A stretch of 64,000 bases of DNA from a bacterium (GTDB lineage Bacteria; Bacteroidota; Bacteroidia; Bacteroidales; FEN-979). The notes under the pieces were generated by a model. The model was not told the DNA's origin, did not search any database, and saw only the letters and a program-made list of their open reading frames with translations. Shown one piece after another: positions 30,984 through 39,159 of the stretch (positions are counted from its first letter, which is position 1; each line of letters begins with the position of its first letter). The stretch is from NCBI GenBank assembly GCA_037141055.1, contig JBAXDH010000004.1, positions 2,443 to 66,442 of the forward strand, read 5' to 3'. Position numbers and translations under genes: made by a program.

Positions 30984-32225
30984 TTAAACCGGGTCTTTCT
31001 GGAAAAGTGCAGGAAAGGTCCTAAGTATCAGTTTCAGGTCATACCAGAATGAGTAGTTGTTTCTGGCAAAATGGTCGGCATATTCATTATCATAGCGATG
31101 CCGCTCGCTTTCGGACATGATGCCACCTTTGCCACGCAATTCAACCTGCCACAGGCCGGTGATACCAGCGGGCGCAAGAAACCGCTTTGCAATCTCATCG
31201 TTGGTCAGTTTTTTTCCCTCATAAACTGGCAGTGGCCGGTTCCCGACAATCGACATATCCCCCTTGATGACATTGATCAGTTGCGGGAGTTCGTCGATAC
31301 TTGTATTTCTGATAAACTTCCCGACTCTGGTCACCCTGGGGTCATTGGAGATTTTAATGAAAGTCGGTTTTGACTTATCGATTTTTGCTTTCTGTGCTGT
31401 GTACCAATTATCACAGATCTCATGGGAACCGATGTAACGAAGTTCCGAACAGGTTGTTCCGTCTGTTCTTTTGGCACATTCAGGGCAGGGCTCGCTGAAA
31501 TCAATTTCAGAAATGGTTGCAGCGGATGCATATTGATTTTTATCTTTGGCAAGGTTGCTGAGTTGCTTGTCCGATCCGACCCTCATCGACCGCAACTTGT
31601 AGAACAGAAATGGGTCCAATCCTGTGCCCATCCGTTCAGAGGTATAATAGATTTTACCTTTTCCTTTCGACTCGATGAAGATTGCGGCGGCAACAGCCAG
31701 CAACAGGGGAGAGAGGCATATCAGCGCCAGCGATGCAACCACGATGTCAAATAGTTTTTTAACCAGGGGCATGTGATATTCTCCGACCACTATCCCTATT
31801 TTCCTGTAATTGATCAGGTCATGAATGCGCGTCACGATGCCGTCAATATCAGTAAGCGGTAATATGTAGAAATCGTCTATTGCCTGTTTGTAGGCTCTTT
31901 TTTCCTGGTTCCACGCCCGTTTATAGACAGATTCCTGGAATTCATTGCATAATAAAATGAATGAAACATATTTGAATTTCTGATCTCCTCTGACAAGGTC
32001 GTTTCGCAGGAGGTCATGCATTCCAAAGCCATCACCCCCGGCCAGGTTCAATTCGCAAAGAATTGCATTCGGTTTATTTCCTGCCCTGAGGTAGGCGGTT
32101 GCGGCCATCGCATCAATCTTATGGGTGAGCGATATCCCGGGATGGGCGTTCAATGCATTAATTTCATCCGCAGAATTGCCAATATAAAGTATCGATATTT
32201 GTCCCATGGTTAACAAATTATTCAT
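30984..32225 (-). CDS. Bacterial sugar transferase (priming phosphoglycosyl transferase) with an N-terminal pseudo-receiver domain
   Basis: The C-terminal PGT core is present (DPRVTRVGKFIRNTSIDELPQLINVIKGDMSIVGNRPLP, GITGLWQV). The N-terminal ~130 aa have a REC-like pattern but lack the acidic pocket, Thr and Lys. The ATG at 32225 is preferred. Confidence 0.8.
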   Translation of the reverse strand: MNNLLTMGQISILYIGNSADEINALNAHPGISLTHKIDAMAATAYLRAGNKPNAILCELNLAGGDGFGMHDLLRNDLVRGDQKFKYVSFILLCNEFQESVYKRAWNQEKRAYKQAIDDFYILPLTDIDGIVTRIHDLINYRKIGIVVGEYHMPLVKKLFDIVVASLALICLSPLLLAVAAAIFIESKGKGKIYYTSERMGTGLDPFLFYKLRSMRVGSDKQLSNLAKDKNQYASAATISEIDFSEPCPECAKRTDGTTCSELRYIGSHEICDNWYTAQKAKIDKSKPTFIKISNDPRVTRVGKFIRNTSIDELPQLINVIKGDMSIVGNRPLPVYEGKKLTNDEIAKRFLAPAGITGLWQVELRGKGGIMSESERHRYDNEYADHFARNNYSFWYDLKLILRTFPALFQKDPV

Positions 32226-32236
32226 AAAACCATTGC

Positions 32237-32632
32237 TTACCACTTGATTGCATAGTGAATCGGGTCAAGATTTTTCTTCACCAGCTCAGTGAGTTCGACC
32301 GGGCTGAAGGGTTTCGTCAGATAATCCTGTGCACCTGCCTGGTAGCATCTTACGCGGTCTTCACTTTTTTCACTGGCGCCAGACAGCATGATTACAGGAG
32401 TGTGTTTGGTAAAACCCCTTTTCCGAAGCATCGTAAGAAAGTCATAGCCGTCCATGTTTGGCATTTGAATGTCGGAAATGATCAGGTCGGGGAGGTTTTC
32501 CTCGAGCCATTCGAGCGCTTCCTTTCCGTCCTTTTTGGCCACAACATCATAATTTTTTGATAGAAATTTTTCCAGCAGCAAACGCATGGTTTGCTCATCG
32601 TCGATAATCAGAATCTTGTGTCTCATATACAA
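32237..32632 (-). CDS. Single-domain response regulator (CheY-like receiver)
   Basis: ILIIDDE, LIISDIQMPNMDG, VIMLSG and YLTKPF: all canonical receiver residues are present and there is no output domain. Confidence 0.9.
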   Translation of the reverse strand: MYMRHKILIIDDEQTMRLLLEKFLSKNYDVVAKKDGKEALEWLEENLPDLIISDIQMPNMDGYDFLTMLRKRGFTKHTPVIMLSGASEKSEDRVRCYQAGAQDYLTKPFSPVELTELVKKNLDPIHYAIKW

Positions 32633-32699
32633 AAGAAATATTGCAATAAATTGTGATACTTAATTGGTCTCCATGCTTCAAATTACTCGAAAATATTTA

Positions 32700-32707
32700 C
32701 AAAGATA
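32700..32707 (-). promoter_or_regulatory. -7 box (TAtcTTTG on the minus strand) for the receiver / polysaccharide operon
   Basis: The reverse complement of caaagata. A second candidate, TAttTTTG, lies about 20 nt further upstream. Confidence 0.45.
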
Positions 32708-32837
32708 CACTATTCAAAAATATGAATTATTATCCAATGTAAGGTACAGGATAAGTGAATTGATTTAATAATAATTACTTATTTTATTGTAGGTGTTTGC
32801 CCTACAAGGGGCGAGTCTGAATGAGTCAGCCTAACAT

Positions 32838-33920
32838 TCAGCCTTTTCTTGAGGTATAATGGAGTGAATCGCCCCATTCGCCATACCCGATGCTATCGCC
32901 GGCCATATGGATCCGGGCTTCGAGGCAGCTTTTGCATTCCTCTGCCTCGTCATCGAGGCAGGGCTTGTTTTCATAAAGAAGATAGTCCTGCCGGTATTTT
33001 ACCGGGGTCAGATTCGGCATGATCACGTTGGCGCCTACCATCAGCGCCTTTTCGCGGCCCTGCGGGTCGATGGTCTGCATGGCTGTGGTTGCTGCAATGT
33101 TGATATTTTTCATCATGATCCTCAGAATGGCGACCATTTTCAACGAAAGGTCAAAGCGTTCTTTCAACGGCAGGAGTTTATCCCGGTGCCGGTAAAGGGG
33201 AGTGTCCTGATGCTCGATAAATGGCCCCATCCCTGCCATGTCAATATCAAATTCCCTGAAGAATATGAGGTCGTCTGCAAGATCGGAAATGGATTGGAAC
33301 GGCAACCCGATCATCACCCCCGTGCCAACCTGGTACCCGGTTTTCTGAAGGGTTTTCAACGCTTCCAACCGCCTGTGATAGTCGTGTGCCTTGTTATTCG
33401 GATGGAGTTTCAAATACAGGTCCGGATTTGAAACTTCGATGCGCAAAAGATACCTGTGCGCGCCTGAGTCATACCACCTGCGATAGGTCTCTTCACTTTG
33501 CTCGCCCAATGAAAGGGTTACGTGGATATTTCCGTCGGTTTGCCTGTGTATTTTCCTTAAAAGTGCGTCGATCTTATTGACAAATGCCTTGTTAGTCTGC
33601 TCTCCCGACTGGATGACGATGGAGGCGTATTTATTCTGATAAGCGTAATCCACGGCTTCCATCACTTCGGCATCGGTCATCCTGTAACGTGCATAATGAC
33701 TGTTCCCTGCACGGATTCCGCAGTAATAGCAATTTTTCCGGCAATAGTTTGAGTATTCGATCAGTCCTCTGAAATAGACTTTTTTCCCTACGAAGGCCTC
33801 TTTTGTCTCTTTCGCTTTTTCAAAAAGATTAAACCGATCTTTCCCGGCGGTTCCGAGAAGGAAAATCAGGTCATCCCTGGAGAATTGTTTTTTATCAAGT
33901 ATATTTTCAACATTATCCAC
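32838..33920 (-). CDS. Radical SAM protein, HydE/PylB/BioB-like
   Basis: 360 aa. CRKNCYYCGIRAGN (CxxxCxxC followed by GxR) is closest to the HydE pattern. No hydA, hydF or hydG in the window. Confidence 0.7.
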   Translation of the reverse strand: MDNVENILDKKQFSRDDLIFLLGTAGKDRFNLFEKAKETKEAFVGKKVYFRGLIEYSNYCRKNCYYCGIRAGNSHYARYRMTDAEVMEAVDYAYQNKYASIVIQSGEQTNKAFVNKIDALLRKIHRQTDGNIHVTLSLGEQSEETYRRWYDSGAHRYLLRIEVSNPDLYLKLHPNNKAHDYHRRLEALKTLQKTGYQVGTGVMIGLPFQSISDLADDLIFFREFDIDMAGMGPFIEHQDTPLYRHRDKLLPLKERFDLSLKMVAILRIMMKNINIAATTAMQTIDPQGREKALMVGANVIMPNLTPVKYRQDYLLYENKPCLDDEAEECKSCLEARIHMAGDSIGYGEWGDSLHYTSRKG

Positions 33921-33980
33921 CCAAAGAAGTTATGTAACGGGTTAAACCTTTGATTTTTGAATCAGCTCCGAAAACTTTTT

Positions 33981-34059
33981 TTCACCGCTAAGTCGCCAAG
34001 ACGCTAAAATTTAAATAATTGAATTTGCGTTCTTTGCGTCTTTCCGCCTTTGCGGTGAA
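33981..34059. repeat. Inverted arrays of 8-nt units forming an imperfect ~24-bp hairpin
   Basis: ttcaccgc taagtcgc caagacgc, then an AT-rich loop, then tgcgttct ttgcgtct ttccgcct ttgcggtg(aa). The outer 8 bp are perfectly complementary. Confidence 0.85.
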
Positions 34060-34132
34060 CATTTTATTTTGGCTTTTTGGAGTAGACTTATTTTTGAATC
34101 TTGCAATTTGTATGGTGCTTGATTGTCTCCTG

Positions 34133-35224
34133 CTACACGTTAAACCTGATATGCAGAATATCCCCGTCACCGACAACGTAATTTTTTCCTTCAATCATCA
34201 GTTTGCCGTGTTCCTTGCAGGCGTGCTCCGATCCAAGCCGCATGAAATCATCATATTTCATAACCTCCGCCCTGATAAATCCACGTTCGAGGTCGCTGTG
34301 GATAACACCGGCAGCCTGGGGTGCCGTCATTCCTTTTGTGATGGTCCATGCCCTTACCTCTTTCGGACCGGCTGTGAAGAAACATTGCAGGTCGAGCAGG
34401 TGAAATGCCGCCCGCACAAGCCTGTTCACGCCGGGTTCGGTCAACCCTGCATCGGAAAGAAAAGCAAGGCGGTCCTCCTCGCTGTCAAGTTCAGCAATTT
34501 CCGATTCCATTTTTGCCGCAATAACAAGCACTTCCGCATCCTGGCCCTTCACTGATCCAATGAACTTTTCCGTATAATCATTTCCGCCGGTTGCCGATGA
34601 ATCGTCTACATTACACACATACATCACGGGCTTGTCGCTCAGCAGGAACATATCTTCCATGAACCGCCGTTCGTCGACGGAGATTGGCGCGGTGCGGGCC
34701 GACTGGAACGATTCAAGATGGTTTTTCAGCACATGCAGCACATCGAGGCCATGTTTAGCATCTTTGTCGCCGGCTTTTGAAAGTTTCTCCATCCGGGATA
34801 TCTTTTTTTCAACCGATTCCAGGTCTTTGATCTGCAGTTCAAGGTCTACAATTTCACGGTCGCGAACGGCATTCACGGATCCTTCGAGATGAGGAAGCTG
34901 CGGGTCGTCAAAACAGCGGATCACATGGATCAGCGCATCAACATTGCGGATGTCGGAAAGGAATTTATTGCCTTCGGTCTGGCTTCCTCCCTTTGAAAGT
35001 CCGGGGATATCGACCATCTCCATGGTAGTCTGAATGACTTTGACCGACTTGATGATCCGGTCGATGGCCAGCAGGCGTGCATCAGGCACATTCATCACCC
35101 CGAGGTTGGATTTGGTCCCTGAAAAGGCAGCAGCGTGGGTTTCAGCCCTGTTGTTTGATATACAGTTGAATAAAGTAGTCTTTCCGGATCCTGAAAGTCC
35201 GATGATTCCGCATTTTAAGGGCAT
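34133..35224 (-). CDS. ychF: Ribosome-binding ATPase YchF
   Basis: GIIGLSGSGKTTLFN P-loop and a TGS-like C-terminus (IHSDLERGFIRAEV). Confidence 0.95.
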   Translation of the reverse strand: MPLKCGIIGLSGSGKTTLFNCISNNRAETHAAAFSGTKSNLGVMNVPDARLLAIDRIIKSVKVIQTTMEMVDIPGLSKGGSQTEGNKFLSDIRNVDALIHVIRCFDDPQLPHLEGSVNAVRDREIVDLELQIKDLESVEKKISRMEKLSKAGDKDAKHGLDVLHVLKNHLESFQSARTAPISVDERRFMEDMFLLSDKPVMYVCNVDDSSATGGNDYTEKFIGSVKGQDAEVLVIAAKMESEIAELDSEEDRLAFLSDAGLTEPGVNRLVRAAFHLLDLQCFFTAGPKEVRAWTITKGMTAPQAAGVIHSDLERGFIRAEVMKYDDFMRLGSEHACKEHGKLMIEGKNYVVGDGDILHIRFNV

Positions 35225-35266
35225 AGAGCGTAGATTTTAGCGTGCAAAGTTAAGAAATTAAAATGA

Positions 35267-36517
35267 TCATTTGCTCTGACCATATATCAACGCACTGGCA
35301 TTCAGCTTGTTTTGAGTCTTTGGACCGGAAGGGTCAAAAATTGTATTCAGGAAATCCTGGTAGGATGCCAGATCGTGGTACTTTGTCAGTTCGAGGTTGA
35401 AGAAATAAAGAGAATCCAGGCTAAAGGTGGGGAAGGTTTGCAGCATGTTGGCAGACAGGTTCGGAAGCCTGATATCTGCCAGGGTATTGTTTCCGGACAT
35501 GGTCCATGTAAATGACTGGTTGTTTCGTCCATAGAACTGCCAGGTGGCGCACGTTGTGGTAAAATCCCCGTAGGTGGTTGCTTCTAATTTTCCCGCAGGA
35601 TGTGTTGTCACAGACCCGACATGAGCATCTATTTTATCAAAGGCAGCCGGGATATCTCCATTCCTCCGGCACGAATAGGATGTCATTGAATCCCAGTTTT
35701 CAATGAGTTTCAGCTCACTGTGATAACCCTGGAAATGACCCGGCAAAACCGCAACACGAACCAGGTTGCCGGCGGGGACACTGCCAAGGGAAAAGTCGGT
35801 CATGACAGGCAATCCGTTTTCATAATCTGCATCCCTGAATCCCCAAATCCTCGCTTCATAATACTGACCGCTCATGCTGATGTTGCTGAAAACCGGGGAT
35901 ACAGCGTCAGACATATCTACAGTGTAGGTGCCTCCGGGGTGTATGCCGCTGATGAGTTTATAAACCTCATCCTGGTTGTGTTCTATTTTAATATAAAGTT
36001 CATCAGGATCGACATACGATAAATCCGTGACGTCGGTATAGTTTGTGGTAAGATTTGCATAACCGGCATTGGCATACAAGATCAGTGCAGGCTGGGGGAT
36101 GTTGGACAGGCTAACGGTAAAATGGCCCAGCGTATCCGGCCGGTGTCCCTGTAAGGTCCATTCAGCGGTTGCGACCTGCAGATAGGATTTCATGGAAATC
36201 TCGAAATTATGCATGGACGGCTCCCATGAGGCGATGGTCAGCGTAAACCGTAAAGGATTTTTAATGCCCGGCCTGGTGTATAACAATAGTTTGCCGTTCC
36301 CTTTGAAGGCGGTATCTGCGATAACGTTTCCGAGGGAATCAGAGGCAAAAATGATCGCCCCCAGTTTCGGATTAATATAGTTAGCGGTAAAATTGATGGT
36401 CATCAAAACTGTTTTTGCCTCCGGAAAGGTTTCAACATCTTTTCGGCAGCCACCGGAAAGCAGCATGATGGTCATAAGGATCATAAAACAGGATCGAGGA
36501 ATATTTCGTATTGTCAT
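35267..36517 (-). CDS. Hypothetical lipoprotein
   Basis: Lipobox LLSGGC after a signal peptide. 416 aa. No family recognised. Confidence 0.5.
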   Translation of the reverse strand: MTIRNIPRSCFMILMTIMLLSGGCRKDVETFPEAKTVLMTINFTANYINPKLGAIIFASDSLGNVIADTAFKGNGKLLLYTRPGIKNPLRFTLTIASWEPSMHNFEISMKSYLQVATAEWTLQGHRPDTLGHFTVSLSNIPQPALILYANAGYANLTTNYTDVTDLSYVDPDELYIKIEHNQDEVYKLISGIHPGGTYTVDMSDAVSPVFSNISMSGQYYEARIWGFRDADYENGLPVMTDFSLGSVPAGNLVRVAVLPGHFQGYHSELKLIENWDSMTSYSCRRNGDIPAAFDKIDAHVGSVTTHPAGKLEATTYGDFTTTCATWQFYGRNNQSFTWTMSGNNTLADIRLPNLSANMLQTFPTFSLDSLYFFNLELTKYHDLASYQDFLNTIFDPSGPKTQNKLNASALIYGQSK

Positions 36518-36791
36518 GTTGTTCTCAGTAAAAAAAATGCTGCAATCATTTATGAATCTTCATCTTAAGGTTGAAGGAACAGGGTTCAACGCAGAATGCA
36601 AAGTTACGGAAAAATGCCGAGAAATCGGGATTCATCATTCCAGCGATCAGAGTATACTGAATCTTGGCAGGTTTGCAATCGCAAAGCTGCTTAGATTCAG
36701 TTATACTGAGCGTTTGAGTTTGCTTATCCTTGCAAACTCAGGTAGTCGAAGTATATCATAAATTTACCTTGGACCTTTAATTTTTTCTTAC

Positions 36792-36799
36792 TATCTTTG
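36792..36799 (+). promoter_or_regulatory. -7 box (TAtcTTTG) for rpsA
   Basis: Matches TAnnTTTG and leaves a 5' UTR of about 105 nt. Confidence 0.5.
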
Positions 36800-36909
36800 C
36801 ACCCCGTTTTCCAAGGGTGAAATGGAACCCGTTCTTTATCTAAATCCCTGTCAGTTAACCAAATGTTAAACCCGGCCAGCGCAATTGCGCAGCCACAAAG
36901 CAAAAATGA

Positions 36910-39153
36910 ATGACTCCTGAAGAAACCAATGAGAACATGGAGCTGAATGCTGAGACCAATGTTGAACAAACTGCAAGTGCTGAAACTGAAGCAACGATTA
37001 CCGAAGAAGCTGTGATCGAAACGGAAGCTGCAATTGTCGAAGAGGCTGTGATGGAAACAGAAGCTGCAATCGTCGAAGAAGCTGTGATGGAAACAGAAGC
37101 TGCAATCGCCGAAGAGGCAGTGATGGAAACGGAAGCTGCAATCGCCGAAGAGGCTGTTGCTGCCGAAGAAACTGCCATCATCGAAGAGGCGCACATCGAA
37201 GCTGAAGCTGCAGTTGAAGCAGAAGCAAAGCCAGAACCCGTTGCCGAACCCGTAGTGGAGGCACCTGCAAGACCAGCCAGGAAAACATATGTTGCACCTG
37301 TTGCCCCTGCTGATTTTGACTGGGATGCCATCGGCAAGAAACATGAAATTTATTCCAGTGAAGAACGTACGAAACTGGAAGATGCCTACGATCAAACCCT
37401 TCGTGCCATCCAGGACCATGAAGTGATCGAAGGAACCGTGGTCACCATGACCAACCGCGAAGTCATCGTAAACATCGGCTTCAAAAGCGACGGTGTGATC
37501 CAGATGAACGAATTCCGCTATAATCCTGAGTTGAAAATCGGTGACAAGGTTGAAGTTTACATCGAGAACCAGGAAGATACCAGCGGCCAGTTGCTGTTAT
37601 CACACAAAAAAGCACGCATCCTGAAATCATGGGAGCGCATCAACGATGCCTATGAAAAGCAGGAAATTATCAAAGGGTATGTTAAATCCCGTACAAAAGG
37701 CGGTCTGATCGTGGATATCTTCGGTATCGAAGCATTCCTCCCGGGATCACAGATAGATGTGAAACCCATACGCGATTACGACGTGTTTGTTGACAAAGTA
37801 ATGGAATTCAAGGTTGTGAAGATCAACCACGAATACAAGAACGTCGTTGTTTCGCACAAAGCCCTGATCGAAGACGAACTCGAAGCCCAGAAGGCAGAGA
37901 TCATCAAGAGACTTGAAAAGGGACAGATCCTCGAAGGTACGGTCAAGAACATCACCAGCTATGGTGTATTTGTTGACCTTGGCGGCGTTGACGGCCTGAT
38001 TCACATCACCGATCTCAGCTGGGGACGTATCAACCACCCTGAAGAGATTGTGAAACTTGATCAGAAAATCAAAGTTGTCATCCTCGATTTCGATGAAAAC
38101 AAAAAACGTATTGCCTTAGGTCTCAAGCAGCTGACCCCGCATCCATGGGATTCACTGAGCCAGGATCTGAAGATCGGCGATAAAGTAAAAGGTAAAGTGG
38201 TTGTCATCGCCGATTACGGTGCATTTGTTGAAATCACCACCGGCGTTGAAGGTCTCATTCACGTTTCCGAAATGTCATGGTCGCAGCACCTGCGCACCGC
38301 CCACGATTTCCTTAAGGTAGGTCAGGAAGTTGAAGCCGTCATCCTCACACTCGACCGCGATGAGCGGAAAATGTCGATGGGGATCAAGCAGCTGATTCCG
38401 GATCCATGGGCCAACATCAGGGAAAAATATCCGCTCCGCTCCAAACATACCGCAACCGTTCGCAACTTTACCAACTTCGGTATTTTTGTTGAACTGGAAG
38501 AGGGTGTCGACGGACTGATCCACATCTCAGACCTCAGCTGGTCGAAAAAAATCAAGCACCCTGCCGAATTCACCAAAATCGGTGAGAGCATCGATGTAAT
38601 GGTACTTGATGTTGATGTCGAAAACCGCCGCCTGAGCCTCGGTCACAAACAACTCGAAGAAAATCCATGGGATGTGTTCGAGAATGTGTTCGCAGTAGGA
38701 TCATTGCACCTCGGTACAATCGTCAGCCTGAACGACAAGGGAGCTATCATCGCCCTTCCGTACGGCGTTGAAGGATTTGCACCGCTCCGCCATCTTGGCA
38801 AGGAAGACAACAGCATGGCCCGTGAAGAGGAAGCCATGGATTTCAAGGTGATCGAATTTTCGAAAGAAAATAAGAAAATCATCCTGAGCCATAGCAAAAT
38901 CCACCAGGATGCTGCCAATGCAGACAAGAACAAGGAAGCCAAGACCGGTCTGAAAAAGGAAAGCGATACCAAAAAAGCGGTTAAAAAACTCAAGGATAAC
39001 CTCGAGAAGACAACCCTTGGCGATATCGATGCACTTGCCAACCTGAAAGCTGACATGGTAAAGGCCGAAAATCTGGCCCGTGATGCCAAGTCTGCGAAAG
39101 ACGAGGCAACACCAGAAGTTGCTGAAGAAAGCGAGGAAACAGTCACAGAATAA
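36910..39153 (+). CDS. rpsA: 30S ribosomal protein S1 with an extended acidic repeat N-terminus
   Basis: Six S1 domains (e.g. GTVKNITSYGVFVDLGGVDGLIHITDLSW). A DFDWDAI motif follows about 135 aa of Glu/Ala-rich sequence. Confidence 0.9.
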   Translation: MTPEETNENMELNAETNVEQTASAETEATITEEAVIETEAAIVEEAVMETEAAIVEEAVMETEAAIAEEAVMETEAAIAEEAVAAEETAIIEEAHIEAEAAVEAEAKPEPVAEPVVEAPARPARKTYVAPVAPADFDWDAIGKKHEIYSSEERTKLEDAYDQTLRAIQDHEVIEGTVVTMTNREVIVNIGFKSDGVIQMNEFRYNPELKIGDKVEVYIENQEDTSGQLLLSHKKARILKSWERINDAYEKQEIIKGYVKSRTKGGLIVDIFGIEAFLPGSQIDVKPIRDYDVFVDKVMEFKVVKINHEYKNVVVSHKALIEDELEAQKAEIIKRLEKGQILEGTVKNITSYGVFVDLGGVDGLIHITDLSWGRINHPEEIVKLDQKIKVVILDFDENKKRIALGLKQLTPHPWDSLSQDLKIGDKVKGKVVVIADYGAFVEITTGVEGLIHVSEMSWSQHLRTAHDFLKVGQEVEAVILTLDRDERKMSMGIKQLIPDPWANIREKYPLRSKHTATVRNFTNFGIFVELEEGVDGLIHISDLSWSKKIKHPAEFTKIGESIDVMVLDVDVENRRLSLGHKQLEENPWDVFENVFAVGSLHLGTIVSLNDKGAIIALPYGVEGFAPLRHLGKEDNSMAREEEAMDFKVIEFSKENKKIILSHSKIHQDAANADKNKEAKTGLKKESDTKKAVKKLKDNLEKTTLGDIDALANLKADMVKAENLARDAKSAKDEATPEVAEESEETVTE
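37003..37182 (+). repeat. 36-nt in-frame tandem repeat inside rpsA: 4 good copies plus 1 degenerate
   Basis: Units start at 37003, 37039, 37075, 37111 and 37147 (gaagaRgctgtgatggaaacRgaagctgcaatcgYc). They encode EEAVMETEAAI(V/A). Confidence 0.9.
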
Positions 39154-39159
39154 TTCCTC

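Noticed and set aside
32633-32837. Possible invertible (phase-variable) promoter upstream of the polysaccharide operon, as in Bacteroides capsule loci.
   Set aside because: I found TAnnTTTG boxes but no flanking inverted-repeat pair bracketing them. No recombinase gene is nearby.
34019-34555. A 178-aa plus-strand ORF spanning the ychF 3' region.
   Set aside because: It begins in the octamer hairpin spacer and runs antisense to the strongly supported ychF gene.
36724-37419. Long minus-strand ORFs (231 aa and 160 aa) opposite the 5' end of rpsA, rich in Cys/Phe/Ser or Ala/Ser.
   Set aside because: They are antisense translations of the 36-nt Glu/Ala-coding tandem repeat. They are low complexity and fully contained in a well-supported S1 gene.
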